Of a stretch of DNA of 64,000 nt, positions 12,401 through 24,400 are shown piece by piece. The position numbers were made by a program, and so were the translations under genes. The notes beneath the pieces were generated by a model that searched no databases, was not told the DNA's origin, and saw only the letters and a program-made list of their open reading frames with translations. Location of the stretch: the NCBI RefSeq assembly GCF_902459465.1, contig NC_047065.1, forward strand, positions 372,001-436,000, written 5' to 3'. The first letter of the stretch is position 1. Every line of letters begins with the position of its first letter. The DNA is from Asterias rubens. Lineage: Eukaryota.

Positions 12401-15400
12401 TTTGTTTAAAGGTGCTATAATGACAGTTCCGTTTTCTGTACGTAGGACCTTTGAGCCTTGTATGCGGTCACAAGGGGAAGTTGAGAATAGGAATATTAGG
12501 AGAATACTGCTGTGCTGCTGTGGAGTTGAGCGTTTTGTTTAAAGGTGCTATAATGACAGTTCCGTTTTCTGTACGTAGGACCTTTGAGCCTTGTATGAGG
12601 TCACAAGGGGAAGTTGAGAATAGGAATATTAGGAGAATACTGCTGTGCTGCTGTGGAGTTGAGCGTCTTGTTTAAAGGTGCTATAATGACAGTTCCGTTT
12701 TCTGTACGTAGGACCTTTGAGCCTTGTATGCTGTCACAAGGGGAAGTTGAGAATAGGAATATTAGGAGAATACTGCTGTGCTGCTGTGGAGTTGAGCGTT
12801 TTGTTTAAAGGTGCTATAATGACAGTTCCGTTTTCTGTACGTAGGACCTTTGAGCCTTGTATGAGGTCACAAGGGGAAGTTGAGAATAGGAATATTAGGA
12901 GAATACTGCTGTGCTGCTGTGGAGTTGAGCGTTTTGTTTAAAGGTGCTATAATGACAGTTCCGTTTTCTGTACGTAGGACCTTTGAGCCTTGTATGAGGT
13001 CACAAGGGGAAGTTGAGAATAGGAATATTAGGAGAATACTGCTGTGCTGCTGTGGAGTTGAGCGTTTTGTTTAAAGGTGCTATAATGACAGTTCCGTTTT
13101 CTGTACGTAGGACCTTTGAGCCTTGTATGAGGTCACAAGGGGAAGTTGAGAATAGGAATATTAGGAGAATACTGCTGTGCTGCTGTGGAGTTGAGCGTTT
13201 TGTTTAAAGGTGCTATAATGACAGTTCCGTTTTCTGTACGTAGGACCTTTGAGCCTTGTATGAGGTCACAAGGGGAAGTTGAGAATAGGAATATTAGGAG
13301 AATACTGCTGTGCTGCTGTGGAGTTGAGCGTTTTGTTTAAAGGTGCTATAATGACAGTTCCGTTTTCTGTACGTAGGACCTTTGAGCCTTGTATGAGGTC
13401 ACAAGGGGAAGTTGAGAATAGGAATATTAGGAGAATACTGCTGTGCTGCTGTGGAGTTGAGCGTTTTGTTTAAAGGTGCTATAATGACAGTTCCGTTTTC
13501 TGTACGTATGACCTTTGAGCCTTGTATGAGGTCACAAGGGGAAGTTGAGAATAGGAATATTAGGAGAATACTGCTGTGCTGCTGTGGAGTTGAACGTTTT
13601 GTTTAAAGGTGCTATAATGACAGTTCCGTTTTCTGTACGTAGGACCTTTGAGCCTTGTATGAGGTCACAAGGGGAAGTTGAGAATAGGAATATTAGGAGA
13701 ATACTGCTGTGCTGCTGTGGAGTTGAGCGTCTTGTTTAAAGGTGCTATAATGACAGTTCCGTTTTCTGTACGTAGGACCTTTGAGCCTTGTATGAGGTCA
13801 CAAGGGGAAGTTGAGAATAGGAATATTAGGAGAATACTGCTGTGCTGCTGTGGAGTTGAGCGTTTTGTTTAAAGGTGCTATAATGACAGTTCCGTTTTCT
13901 GTACGTAGGACCTTTGAGCCTTGTAAAAACCTCAAACACAAACTGAATCATTTCTACTAAATTATTATTTTTTTTTTTTGGGGGGGGGGGTGTTGTACAC
14001 CCTCCAAGGGTTTGAATTCTTGTGGTTTAGAAATCCAAAGATTCTTTTTTCAGAAGTGAAGAGTGTCTTGCAGCCTTGCATCTCTTTAATGTATTGACCT
14101 GAAGGCATCTTGATCTGAATAATTTTTAAACCTTTGTGATTTGGTTGTAAAGTAGCTAACCTACTGTTGACTTCTACTTAATTTATGTTTAATGATTTAT
14201 GTGTGAAAGAAAGGCTAAAATAACACAGCATTCCTGCTATGTCTTTGTTTGTTATTTGTTGTGCTTGTGTTTGTGTTGGCACTACCTCCCATGTATGGAA
14301 CTGAAAATTATTTTCAAACCAAAACGCATGTTTGTTTTTTTATTTTGTGGAGAACCGCCCCAAAATGCAATAGTTCAAATTGTGTGGAACTAGTATACAG
14401 ATAATGAATGTTTATGAATGCAATTGTGCAAATACTTTCATAAGTTGAAAGATGAAATGTCTTTTCAAGGAGGCCGTGACGAGTTGAATGGAACAGTTCA
14501 TCTTTTAACAAATAAAAACAGTTCTCACCATTGAAATGAATGAAAAACATTCATTATTTGTTTAACATAGCATCCAAGTAGATCTTTGTCATTTTAATCG
14601 TAGGATTGAAAACCAACGAAGCGTACAATATTTAATTGAATGTTGATTGACTTTATTTTGCTTTGTCCAGCAGGGAATGATGAAAAGCATGATGCTTGAT
14701 TGCTATGTGATCTAACCACTGAATTATCTGCTTTTTTATATCCCTACTCCTCCTCCTTATTGCTCCTCTTTCCTCCTCCTCCTCCTCCTTGTTCCTGCAT
14801 TTTCCTCCCCCACGCCTCTACCTCCTCATCCTTGCATCTTGATGACAAACAACACAGGACCAGGTTAGTACAGCACCACTCTGTCAAACATGAGCAAAAA
14901 ACAAACAAAATCTAAAGATTTTAAACCGATGAGATATGGTGACACTTAAGTAAATGTTATGAAATAACTTCCAAAATGTCTGATTAAGAAAAATGGATTA
15001 GGGCCTTTTTCAAAAACCACAGTTTTGGCTTAGCCCCAGCATATTTGTATATTTGAAGCCAATACCAAAAGTGCACACTAAAAAAAAAATGATGGAGTGT
15101 AAGCCGGGTCCTTAGCCGGAGTCTATGTAGAAGCCATTGTTTCAAAAAGGGCCTAAGTGTACGTGCATTCTAGAAGACCATCAGTACAACAAAATTAAAC
15201 TCTAGTGCAAGCTTTATAGAATCTAGAAGGTCTGTTTAGGAAATAAATGAAGTTAAATTTAACAGTATATTGAAAACAAAACATCTGAACAAAATTCTGG
15301 CGAAAGCGAATTTGAAAACTTCAAGACAAATGTATATATAGGTGCATTGGAGAATAATGACAGAAATGGTACAAGAACATTAATGAGGAAATGTGGCACA

Positions 15401-18400
15401 CATCAAGTAGATTTATAAATTATGTGCTTGCTGATAACAGTTTATTGAGTGTGAGTGAATTACATGGCTATTTAATGACTATTTATTGACTATTTGCTCC
15501 CTGTGCCTTTATTTTTTTTTAAATTAAAATAAGAATTAAAAATTATCTTCCAATGATAATTTTTTAATACTTACTGTTAATTCTCTCTGTCTCGGATTGC
15601 AAATGACAAATCTTCCCGCAGAAAATTCTTGAAGCTGGCAAGAAGCATGTGATCTCTGTGCTGGACCCTAAACGCTCCAACCACATAAACATCGCTCTGA
15701 CTGCCTTACCCCATCCAAGTACTATCAAGCAAGCCATTATGAAGATGGATGGAACAGCAGTCAACAAAGAAGGCATTGAGGTAAACATTGTCAAATAAAA
15801 CAAGGAAGAAATATTATGTCAAGTTTTCCTGCATATTTATTATCGAGGAACACATTGAAAAAAGCTTATACCTCTATGACTTGAACTCTTGGGATCTACA
15901 TGTAGGTGTCTCTGGTAAAGACCACCTTTTTGAGTAAAATGTTAATATAAATTGGAACTTTAAACCCAAATTGCAGTCCTGATTGGAGTAAAATGTAAAT
16001 TGGAACTTTAAACCCAAATTGCAGTCCTGATTGGAGTAAAATGTAAATTGGAACTTTAAACCCAAATTGCAGTCCTGATTGGAGTAAAATGTAAATTGGA
16101 ACTTTAAACCCAAATTGCAGTCCTGATTGGAGTAAAATGTAAATTGGAACTTTAATCCCAAATTGCAGTCCTGATTGGAGTAAAATGTAAATTGGAACTT
16201 TAAACCCAAATTGCAGTCCTGATTAGAGTAAAATGTAAATTGGAACTTTAATCCCAAATTGCAGTCCTGACCAATCTATTTCTTGTTTACAGAAACTCCT
16301 GACGATGGTCCCAAGTGAAGAGGAATCTAATCTTATCAAGGAGTCCATGATTCTGAATCCAGACATCCCACTAGGCTCGGCAGAACAGTTCCTGTACATG
16401 CTCTCTAACATCACCGTCTTGAAAGCTAGACTCAGTCTTTGGCTCTTCAAGATGGACTACGAGTCTATGGAAGAGGTAACCACTTTGATCTTGCAGAAGG
16501 GATTTCATTTATTCTTATTGGAAAAGCAATGACTCTAAGAAAAGTGAACTTAATCACTGTACTAGACAAGAGGCCAATATAGAGGATATTGGGGGTTTTC
16601 CTCCCACATCTAGAACTGAAACTTCCTTCATTGTCTTCTCTTCATTGTGGTTATTGTAAAATGCACTTTATAAGAGTTATTATTATTGGGTTCTTGGCTA
16701 GTACAGTGATTAAGTTTGGTTTTCTGAGAGTCCTTCTTTTCACAATCAGAATACATGAAATGAAATGAATTTTAGCCTTATGTTGGTGGTCTGCTACGGG
16801 GGGAGGGGGCACCAGTCAAAAGTAATGCAACCATATAATGCTGTATAGCCAGGGGTCACACTCTGTTATGGGAAATGGCAATGTAAGGGGATCACGTAGA
16901 TCACTTCAAATATTCAATGTGATTACGTGGCGTTTAATTATAGTTGACCATACTCTCTCACTCAGTTATTGTTCCCTGACTCTCTGATGTTCATAAACTT
17001 TGACTCCCTTGCATGATTTGTACTACAGGAAGTAGCAGAGCCCCTGGCTGAACTGAAGAAAGGTATAGAGGATTTGAAGACGAATGAAACATTCCGCCAC
17101 ATCTTATCAATGCTTCTGGCCGTTGGAAATTTCTTGAATGGTGCTCAGGTGAGTCGCATTATCTCAATCTTATTCAGATTAAGGCTGTTTGGGTTTAAGA
17201 AATTATTATCGTATACAAGGGATTAATGACATATGATTATTGTAAGAAATGGATACTATCTGAATGCTTGATTTGGAAACATACATTTGTGAAGATTACA
17301 GTTAATTCTGAAAAGGTAAGTTTTACTGTTTGTAATACCAAATGTTTTACTAAATGTCATAATACCTATGGAAAGCTTCAAGTGAGTGACTATGGCTAAG
17401 TCTATGGTCAATGGCTAGCAGCAGCTATGCAAACAAAATGGAAGAATCTAACCATGGCTGTTAATTCAGCCATTGTCAGTTATCCGTCCATAACCAACGG
17501 GCATGAAGGCCTTTTTTTCTCCACTCTCCATGGCTCCAGAATGATCATCCACAACATCTTGGGGACTCCCCTCTCCATTTTTGGGTTCAGATGAACCTCA
17601 TTACCCATGGGTGGCTAGTGTGTACAGCTCTAGCCTGTCACCACTGGCCCTGGTTCGATTCCTGGCTTGGGTCATATGTAAGCAGAGTCTGTACGTTGGT
17701 TCTCTCCTTTGCTATGAGGGTCATTCTCTGAGCAGACAAATTATTCCTTTTTCAATCTCTGTCCGTGATCCTACATGGATTGAGGTGGCTGGCTGCCAAA
17801 GCGATGTAGCATGCCTGTGGCTCGACCTCATCAATCTGTGTCCGTGATCCTACATGGATTGAGGTGGCTGGCTGCCAAAGCGATGTAGCATGCCTGTGGC
17901 TCAACCTCATCAATCTCTGTCCGTGATCCTACATGGATTGAGGTGGCTGGCTGCCAAAGCGATGTAGCATGCCTGTGGCTCGACCTCATCAATCTCTGTC
18001 CGTGATCCTACATGGATTGAGGTGGCTGGCTGCCAAAGCGATGTAGCATGCCTGTGGCTCGACCTCATCAATCTCTGTCCGTGATCCTACATGGATTGAG
18101 GTGGCTGGCTGCCAAAGCGATGTAGCATGCCTGTGGCTCGACCTCATCAATCTCTGTCCGTGATCCTAAATGGATTGAGGTGGCTGGCTGCCAAAGCGAT
18201 GTAGCATGCCTGCGGCTCGACCTCATCAATCTCTGTCCGTGATCCTACATGGATTGAGGTGGCTGGCTGCCAAAGCGATGTAGCATGCCTGTGGCTCGAC
18301 CTCATCAATCTCTGTCCGTGATCCTACATGGATTGAGGTGGCTGGCTGCCAAAGCGATGTAGCATGCCTGTGGCTCGACCTCATCAATCTGTGTCCGTGA

Positions 18401-21400
18401 TCCTACATGGATTGAGGTGGCTGGCTGCCAAAGCGATGTAGCATGCCTGTGGCTCGACCTCATCAATCTCTGTCCGTGATCCTACATGGATTGAGGTGGC
18501 TGGCTGCCAAAGCGATGTAGCATGCCTGTGGCTCGACCTCATCAATCTCTGTCCGTGATCCTACATGGATTGAGGTGGCTGGCTGCCAAAGCGATGTAGC
18601 ATGCCTGTGGCTCGACCTCATCAATCTCTGTCCGTGATCCTACATGGATTGAGGTGGCTGGCTGCCAAAGCGATGTAGCATGCCTGTGGCTCGACCTCAT
18701 CAATCTCTGTCCGTGATCCTACATGGATTGAGGTGGCTGGCTGCCAAAGCGATGTAGCATGCCTGTGGCTCGACCTCATCAATCTCTGTCCGTGATCCTA
18801 CATGGATTGAGGTGGCTGGCTGTCAAAGCGATGTAGCATGTCTGTGGCTCGACCTCATCAATCTCTGTCCGTGATCCTACATGGATTAAGGTGGCTGGCT
18901 GCCAAAGCGATGTAGCATGCCTGTGGCTCGACCTCATCAATCTCTGTCCGTGATCCTACATGGATTGAGGTGGCTGGCTGCCAAAGCGAAGTAGCATGCC
19001 TGTGGCTCGACCTCATCAATCTCTGTCCGTGATCCTACATGGATTGAGGTGGCTGGCTGCCAAAGCGATGTAGCATGCCTGTGGCTCGACCTCATCAATC
19101 TCTGTCCGTGATCCTACATGGATTGAGGTGGCTGGCTGCCAAAGCGATGTAGCATGCCTGTGGCTCGACCTCATCCTTCTGCTGCATCCTTCCCAATTCA
19201 GCTCCTCAGCTGTGAGTAAGGATAATTTTTTAGCCTCCCAAATTATTACTTTTATTATATTAAATTTTGTCCTTTATGCAAATTTTACCCCTTGGCAAAG
19301 TTGCATTTAATATTATTTCTCTGTAAGTGCTAGTCTTATTTATAATGTTAATTCTTTCTCAACCGCTTTCTCTCCACTCCCTCCCCACCCTCCTTCCTTC
19401 CCAAAACAGATCCAAGGGTTCCACATTGACTATCTGGCCAAAGTGCCTGACATTAAAGACACAGTCCACAAACAGTCTCTGCTTTACCATCTGTGCACAA
19501 TGGTGATTGAACAGTTCCCAGAGAGCAGCGATCTGTTCTCAGAACTTGCTTCAATTTCTAGATGTGCAAAGGTAGGTGACAGCAGAAGAGAACAAGAGGG
19601 CCTTAAAGGTCTTCAGTAAGAATAGAAATAGATAACCAAAACCAGACTAGAACAGTTTTCTTTGTCAGTATATCCTAAAAAGGAAACGTAAACCTGTGGT
19701 ATTTGGAACCGATCGATTGTTCGAATCATATACAAATGTAGATGAATACAGTAAACTAGCATTTTGTTTCAAAAGGTGGCAGTATTTTTTAGATACTGCC
19801 AACAAAACGGAGCGGTTATGTCCATGCAGGACTAATTGTCTGCAATTGGAATACATAATCTGAGAGAAATATCTGACAGTAACATTTTCAAGCTCAAACT
19901 TTGGGGGATAAAAACTTGTTTCTTTCTTCATATCAAGTTGTTTAGTTTTAAACTAAACAACTTTAAATAAGTTATTCCGAGAAAAAGTATGTGGCTGAAG
20001 TCCATGAAGGTAGTTTTTAATTTGGATTTAGTAAACTAAGGGGCATCTTCAATTGTAGGATTGCGACCTCTACGTTAAGAGCCCACCCCTTCCTTCCTTC
20101 CCTTATTGCTTTAATATCGAATGTTATAACAGGTTGATTTTGAAGTTCTGGAGACGAACCTACAGAAGATGGAAGAGCAGTGTACGTCGTCATGGGAACA
20201 CCTACGAGTCATTAGCAAGCATGACAGCCATTCACCTCTAAAAAACAGGTACAGACAAATAAAAAACGTTGGTTGTTTTATTTAAGTAACGGTAAACATA
20301 CAGAGGGTGTATTGAGAGATCTGCTACATAGAGAACACAGTTTTCTTCTGTCACCTGGTTGCTGGACATCATTACTGGTCCAAATGCAGCACAACCCAAT
20401 TAAATGGGCAGACTATCACTAGTTAAGCACCCTGTATTCAAAATGCATTTTGTTTAACAAAAAATGGCAATTGTAAGTTGTCACAATTCTTTCTTCATCG
20501 CGACTATATTTGCCATTTTCAAGAGTTACACTTTTTACAGGATGGTGTACTACATAATGTTTGAGTAAGCACAATGGAATTGGGCTGAAAAGTATAAGGA
20601 GACAATTCAAAATTAAACAAGTGATAAATTTAGATTGAAGATCATGAAGTCATAGATTTTTTAAAAAGGTACAATGTGGTCGTAGTGCCTTCGGCCTCGG
20701 GAAATAGGTCTCTCTTCTGGTCACTCAAAGTCCCTCGAGGGAATAGACGAACACTATTTACCTCAATGCCAGTCATTATGTGTACACTGTAGGTCATTGA
20801 TGCCAAGTTGGAGGGCATTAATGCCTCGTGAGATGGGCATTAATGCTTGGTCATAGGGCATTGATACCTGGTTGTAGGTCATTTATGCCTAGTCGTAGGT
20901 TATTGATTATACTAAAACATGTCATACTTAAAGAGTTGAACACCCCACGATGACTGCATTTAAGATGCAGAACACTCCCCCTCCCCCCCAATGTTATGAT
21001 TAGTAATATTACTTTGATAATGGACACCCACACAATACATACCACGGTAGCCCCTGAAACATGATCACAGCGCTGTGATAATGTTTGGCTCAGAGAAAAC
21101 AAACATCGTCGACAGGACGCCATATCAAAATTCATCAACTTTATTGAAGTGATAATACTTGAGATCTATAACAACATGATGTCATGCTATCCTCCATAGC
21201 AGAATAAACAAGTTAAGAGTCCATCTACATTGACATAATAGGTGACTGTGCAAATGTCCCCTTGGCAAAGAAACGTTTGAACCATAGCATCAACAAATGA
21301 GATAGGATTCTAAATATGAAAACTCTTGTTTTCAGCAAAAGGTTCAGACATAATTTTGAAAGCATTTACTCTGACATAAATGTGTGATAATCATTTTATA

Positions 21401-24400
21401 TCTAGCTACCGGGCAATCTCGGTGGTCTAGTTGGTGAGACACTGCTCTAAAATTGCGAGGGGCGTGGGTTTGAATCCCACCCAAGTTAAATTCCTGTGAT
21501 TTTGTTCACAGAACTCGGAAAAGGATTTAGTGTACAGTGCTTTATCGGTTTAAGGGTAAAACCAAATTAATCTATTTAGATTTCTCTGTTAATTGTTGTT
21601 CAACTATTGGTTTTTGTGTTTATCTTTCAGACTGCAAGACTTTCTATCGGACTGTGCCCAGCGAATCATAGTACTTAAAATAGTTCATAGAAGAGTAATG
21701 AATAGGTATGAATGGTTTTTGTTTTCTTCTCTTTTTTACTAACTTATTAATTTAAAATGTTATTCTAATAATTTCTTTAATACACCTCTTTCCATTAATT
21801 CCAGTAATACTAAATTTTTGAAAAATGTTGACATAACCACAATACTTGATTTTTACTTGACAAGAAAACAATATGTTTTTGTTCTTGGGTTCTTAAAATT
21901 GTCAAGTGATATAGGTTTTTTTGTACTTGCACAATGAAATGTATAAAGGAAGATTGTAAATACTCTATTATTACTCTGTTATTATCAACTTGGTTTTCAA
22001 TCAAATAAGTCACTGCACTAGTTTATTTGAATGTTCAGCAAAACTGAAATGGTTCCTACAACAAAAATACAGCACTGCAAATGTTGACGCTTCAAACCCT
22101 TTATATATATACCCTGTCTGCTTCACTCGACAGGTTCAATCAACTACTACTCTACCTGGGCATGACCGCATCGTCTGCCCGCGAGACCAAGAAAACGGAG
22201 TTCTGCAAGATAATCAGTGAGTTTGCCTTGGAGTATCGTACGACACGGGAGCGCGTGCTGGAACAAGAGAAGAAGAAAGCCAACCACCGTAAGAGGGCTA
22301 TGACAAGAGGGAAGATGATTACAGAGGTATGTGAACTGGGAATTCCCTACGTCCCTCTCCCCAAACTCCTTAGGAAGGGTTGGGGCTATAGATAAAAGAA
22401 GAAAGCTAACCACCGTAAGAGGGCTATGACAAGAGGGAAGATGATTACAGAGGTACGTAAACTGGGAATTCCCTACGTCCCTCTCCCCAAACTCCTTAGG
22501 AAGTTGGGGCTATAGATAAAAGAAGAAAGCTAACAACCGTAAGAGGGCTATGACAAGAGGGAAGATGATTACAGAGGTATGTAAACTGGGAATTCCCTAC
22601 GTCCCTCTCCCCAAACTCCTTAGGAAGGGTGGGGGCTATAGATAAAAGAAGAAAGCTAACCACCGTAAGAGGGCTATGACAAGAGGGAAGATGATTACAG
22701 AGGTATGTAAACTGGGAATTCCCTACGTCGCTCTCCCCAAACTCCTTAGGAAGGGTTGGGGCTATAGATAAAAGAAGAAAGCTAACCACCGCAAGAGGGC
22801 TATGACAAGAGGGAAGATGATTACAGAGGTATGTAAACTGGGAATTCCCTACGTCCCTTTCCGTAAACTCCTTAAGAATCTTGAAGGAAACATACACGCT
22901 GAGGGTTACAGAGAAAAGTAATTGTTTAGTTTAAAGGTTGTGCGTAACATCAGTCTGGTATTCAATTTTCAAAGATTTAGACATAAGTTGCATAAGTTGC
23001 ACTTCCTTTGAAATATTTTGAGAAACAAATTTAGATGGTTGCCATTCTTGTGTCTTCATGACTCGTTGCTTTTCTTTCTAGAATCTAACCTTGAGTCAAG
23101 ATAAAGAAGAAGATGCTAAACTAAAAGCTCTTTTGAAGAATCACGTTGGCACCGCACCCGGTAGTGAAACTCTGAAAACTCGCACCAGACAGAAACCAAC
23201 TCTGGGTAAGTTTACAAAAAACCCTTCTCTAAGTTTAGCTGGTAATCACCAACAAGCAGTGTATTCTGTGATTCGTCTTGTTACCAGCCAAACTGCTCTG
23301 TAATGCACATTGCTTGTTTTCACAGGTTCCCTGGTTTTTGTCCACTTAGTAAACTTGTTAAGCAGTTTTCTATACCAGAACCAACATGACCTAGTTCAAG
23401 TGTTGTGGGTTGCACAAACAAAACTTTTCTATGAGTAAAATAAAGCGTGTGTAACACATTGCTAGGCAGATACATCACAGAGGTAATAAAGACTAGGGCC
23501 TCCATGCCCCTGATCATTCATTGCCTTGTTGCCCTTTGAAATCTTTGGGCCTCCATGCCCCTGATCATTCATTGCCTTGTTGCCCTTTGAAATCTTTGGG
23601 CCTCCATGCCCCTGATCATTCATTGCCTTGTTGCCCTTTGAAATCTTTGGGCTTCCATGCCCCTGATCATTCATTGCCTTGTTGCCCTTTGAAATCTTCA
23701 ATTAGAAATTAAAATTCCCTCATAGAGATGCCCTTTAATAAAGAAAACTGCCCTGCCCTTAGATCAACAAAGCATCAGACCTAGATTGTCCTACCCAGAT
23801 TATTTTCAAGCCAAGCAAACTACTGTTGACTAGTTTTGGAGAGCCTTCAAATGAAAGTAGTTTTCCCGTCTTCCATTTTTAGCACAACTCATTCAGTTCA
23901 GTTCATGTTTCACCTTGTTGCGTTTTCATCGACTAGTTTTAACAATTCTTGTATCTTTTCTCCTGTGAAAAGAAATAAATATAAGTAGAATTTGTTTTGA
24001 ACGGGAGATCAGTTTACACACATGTATTCATAAAAGAGCTCTTTTAAGAGTTTAAAAACTCTTGTATTGGGCATTGTGGCTTGAATGTGAAAGTAAATTT
24101 ACAGACTAAGTATTTGTAAAAACGTCTCCCTGGGGGAGTGGGTGGGCTTACATTGAGAATAAAAGACGGGTAATAATGGATAGGTACACTGATGCTTGAG
24201 TTGAAAGGTTTGTTGTAGATGAGCCAAAGTGCAGCTTGTATTTTGGATTCAACATCGATTTTTCAGTCACGGAAAAACGTTTAAATTTCATTACAAAATA
24301 TGAATAAATAACCAGAAATACAGTGGGGCAGATATGACAAATAATTATTTTGAGGACTTATGCCTTGATGACACAAGTATGTAGTATGGCACACAGTCAA

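Noticed and set aside
11520-13872. Repeated 64-74-aa ORFs ([11 protein letters not shown]...)
   Set aside because: By-products of the 133-bp satellite; the frame shifts with every unit.
15874-16257. 127-aa repetitive minus-strand ORF (and similar ORFs over the 51-, 52-, 63-, 96- and 117-bp repeats)
   Set aside because: Open only because the repeat unit lacks stops in that frame; no coding context.
11515-19175. Both large intronic arrays have exactly 18 copies
   Set aside because: Other arrays have 2-23 copies, so two matching counts are compatible with chance.
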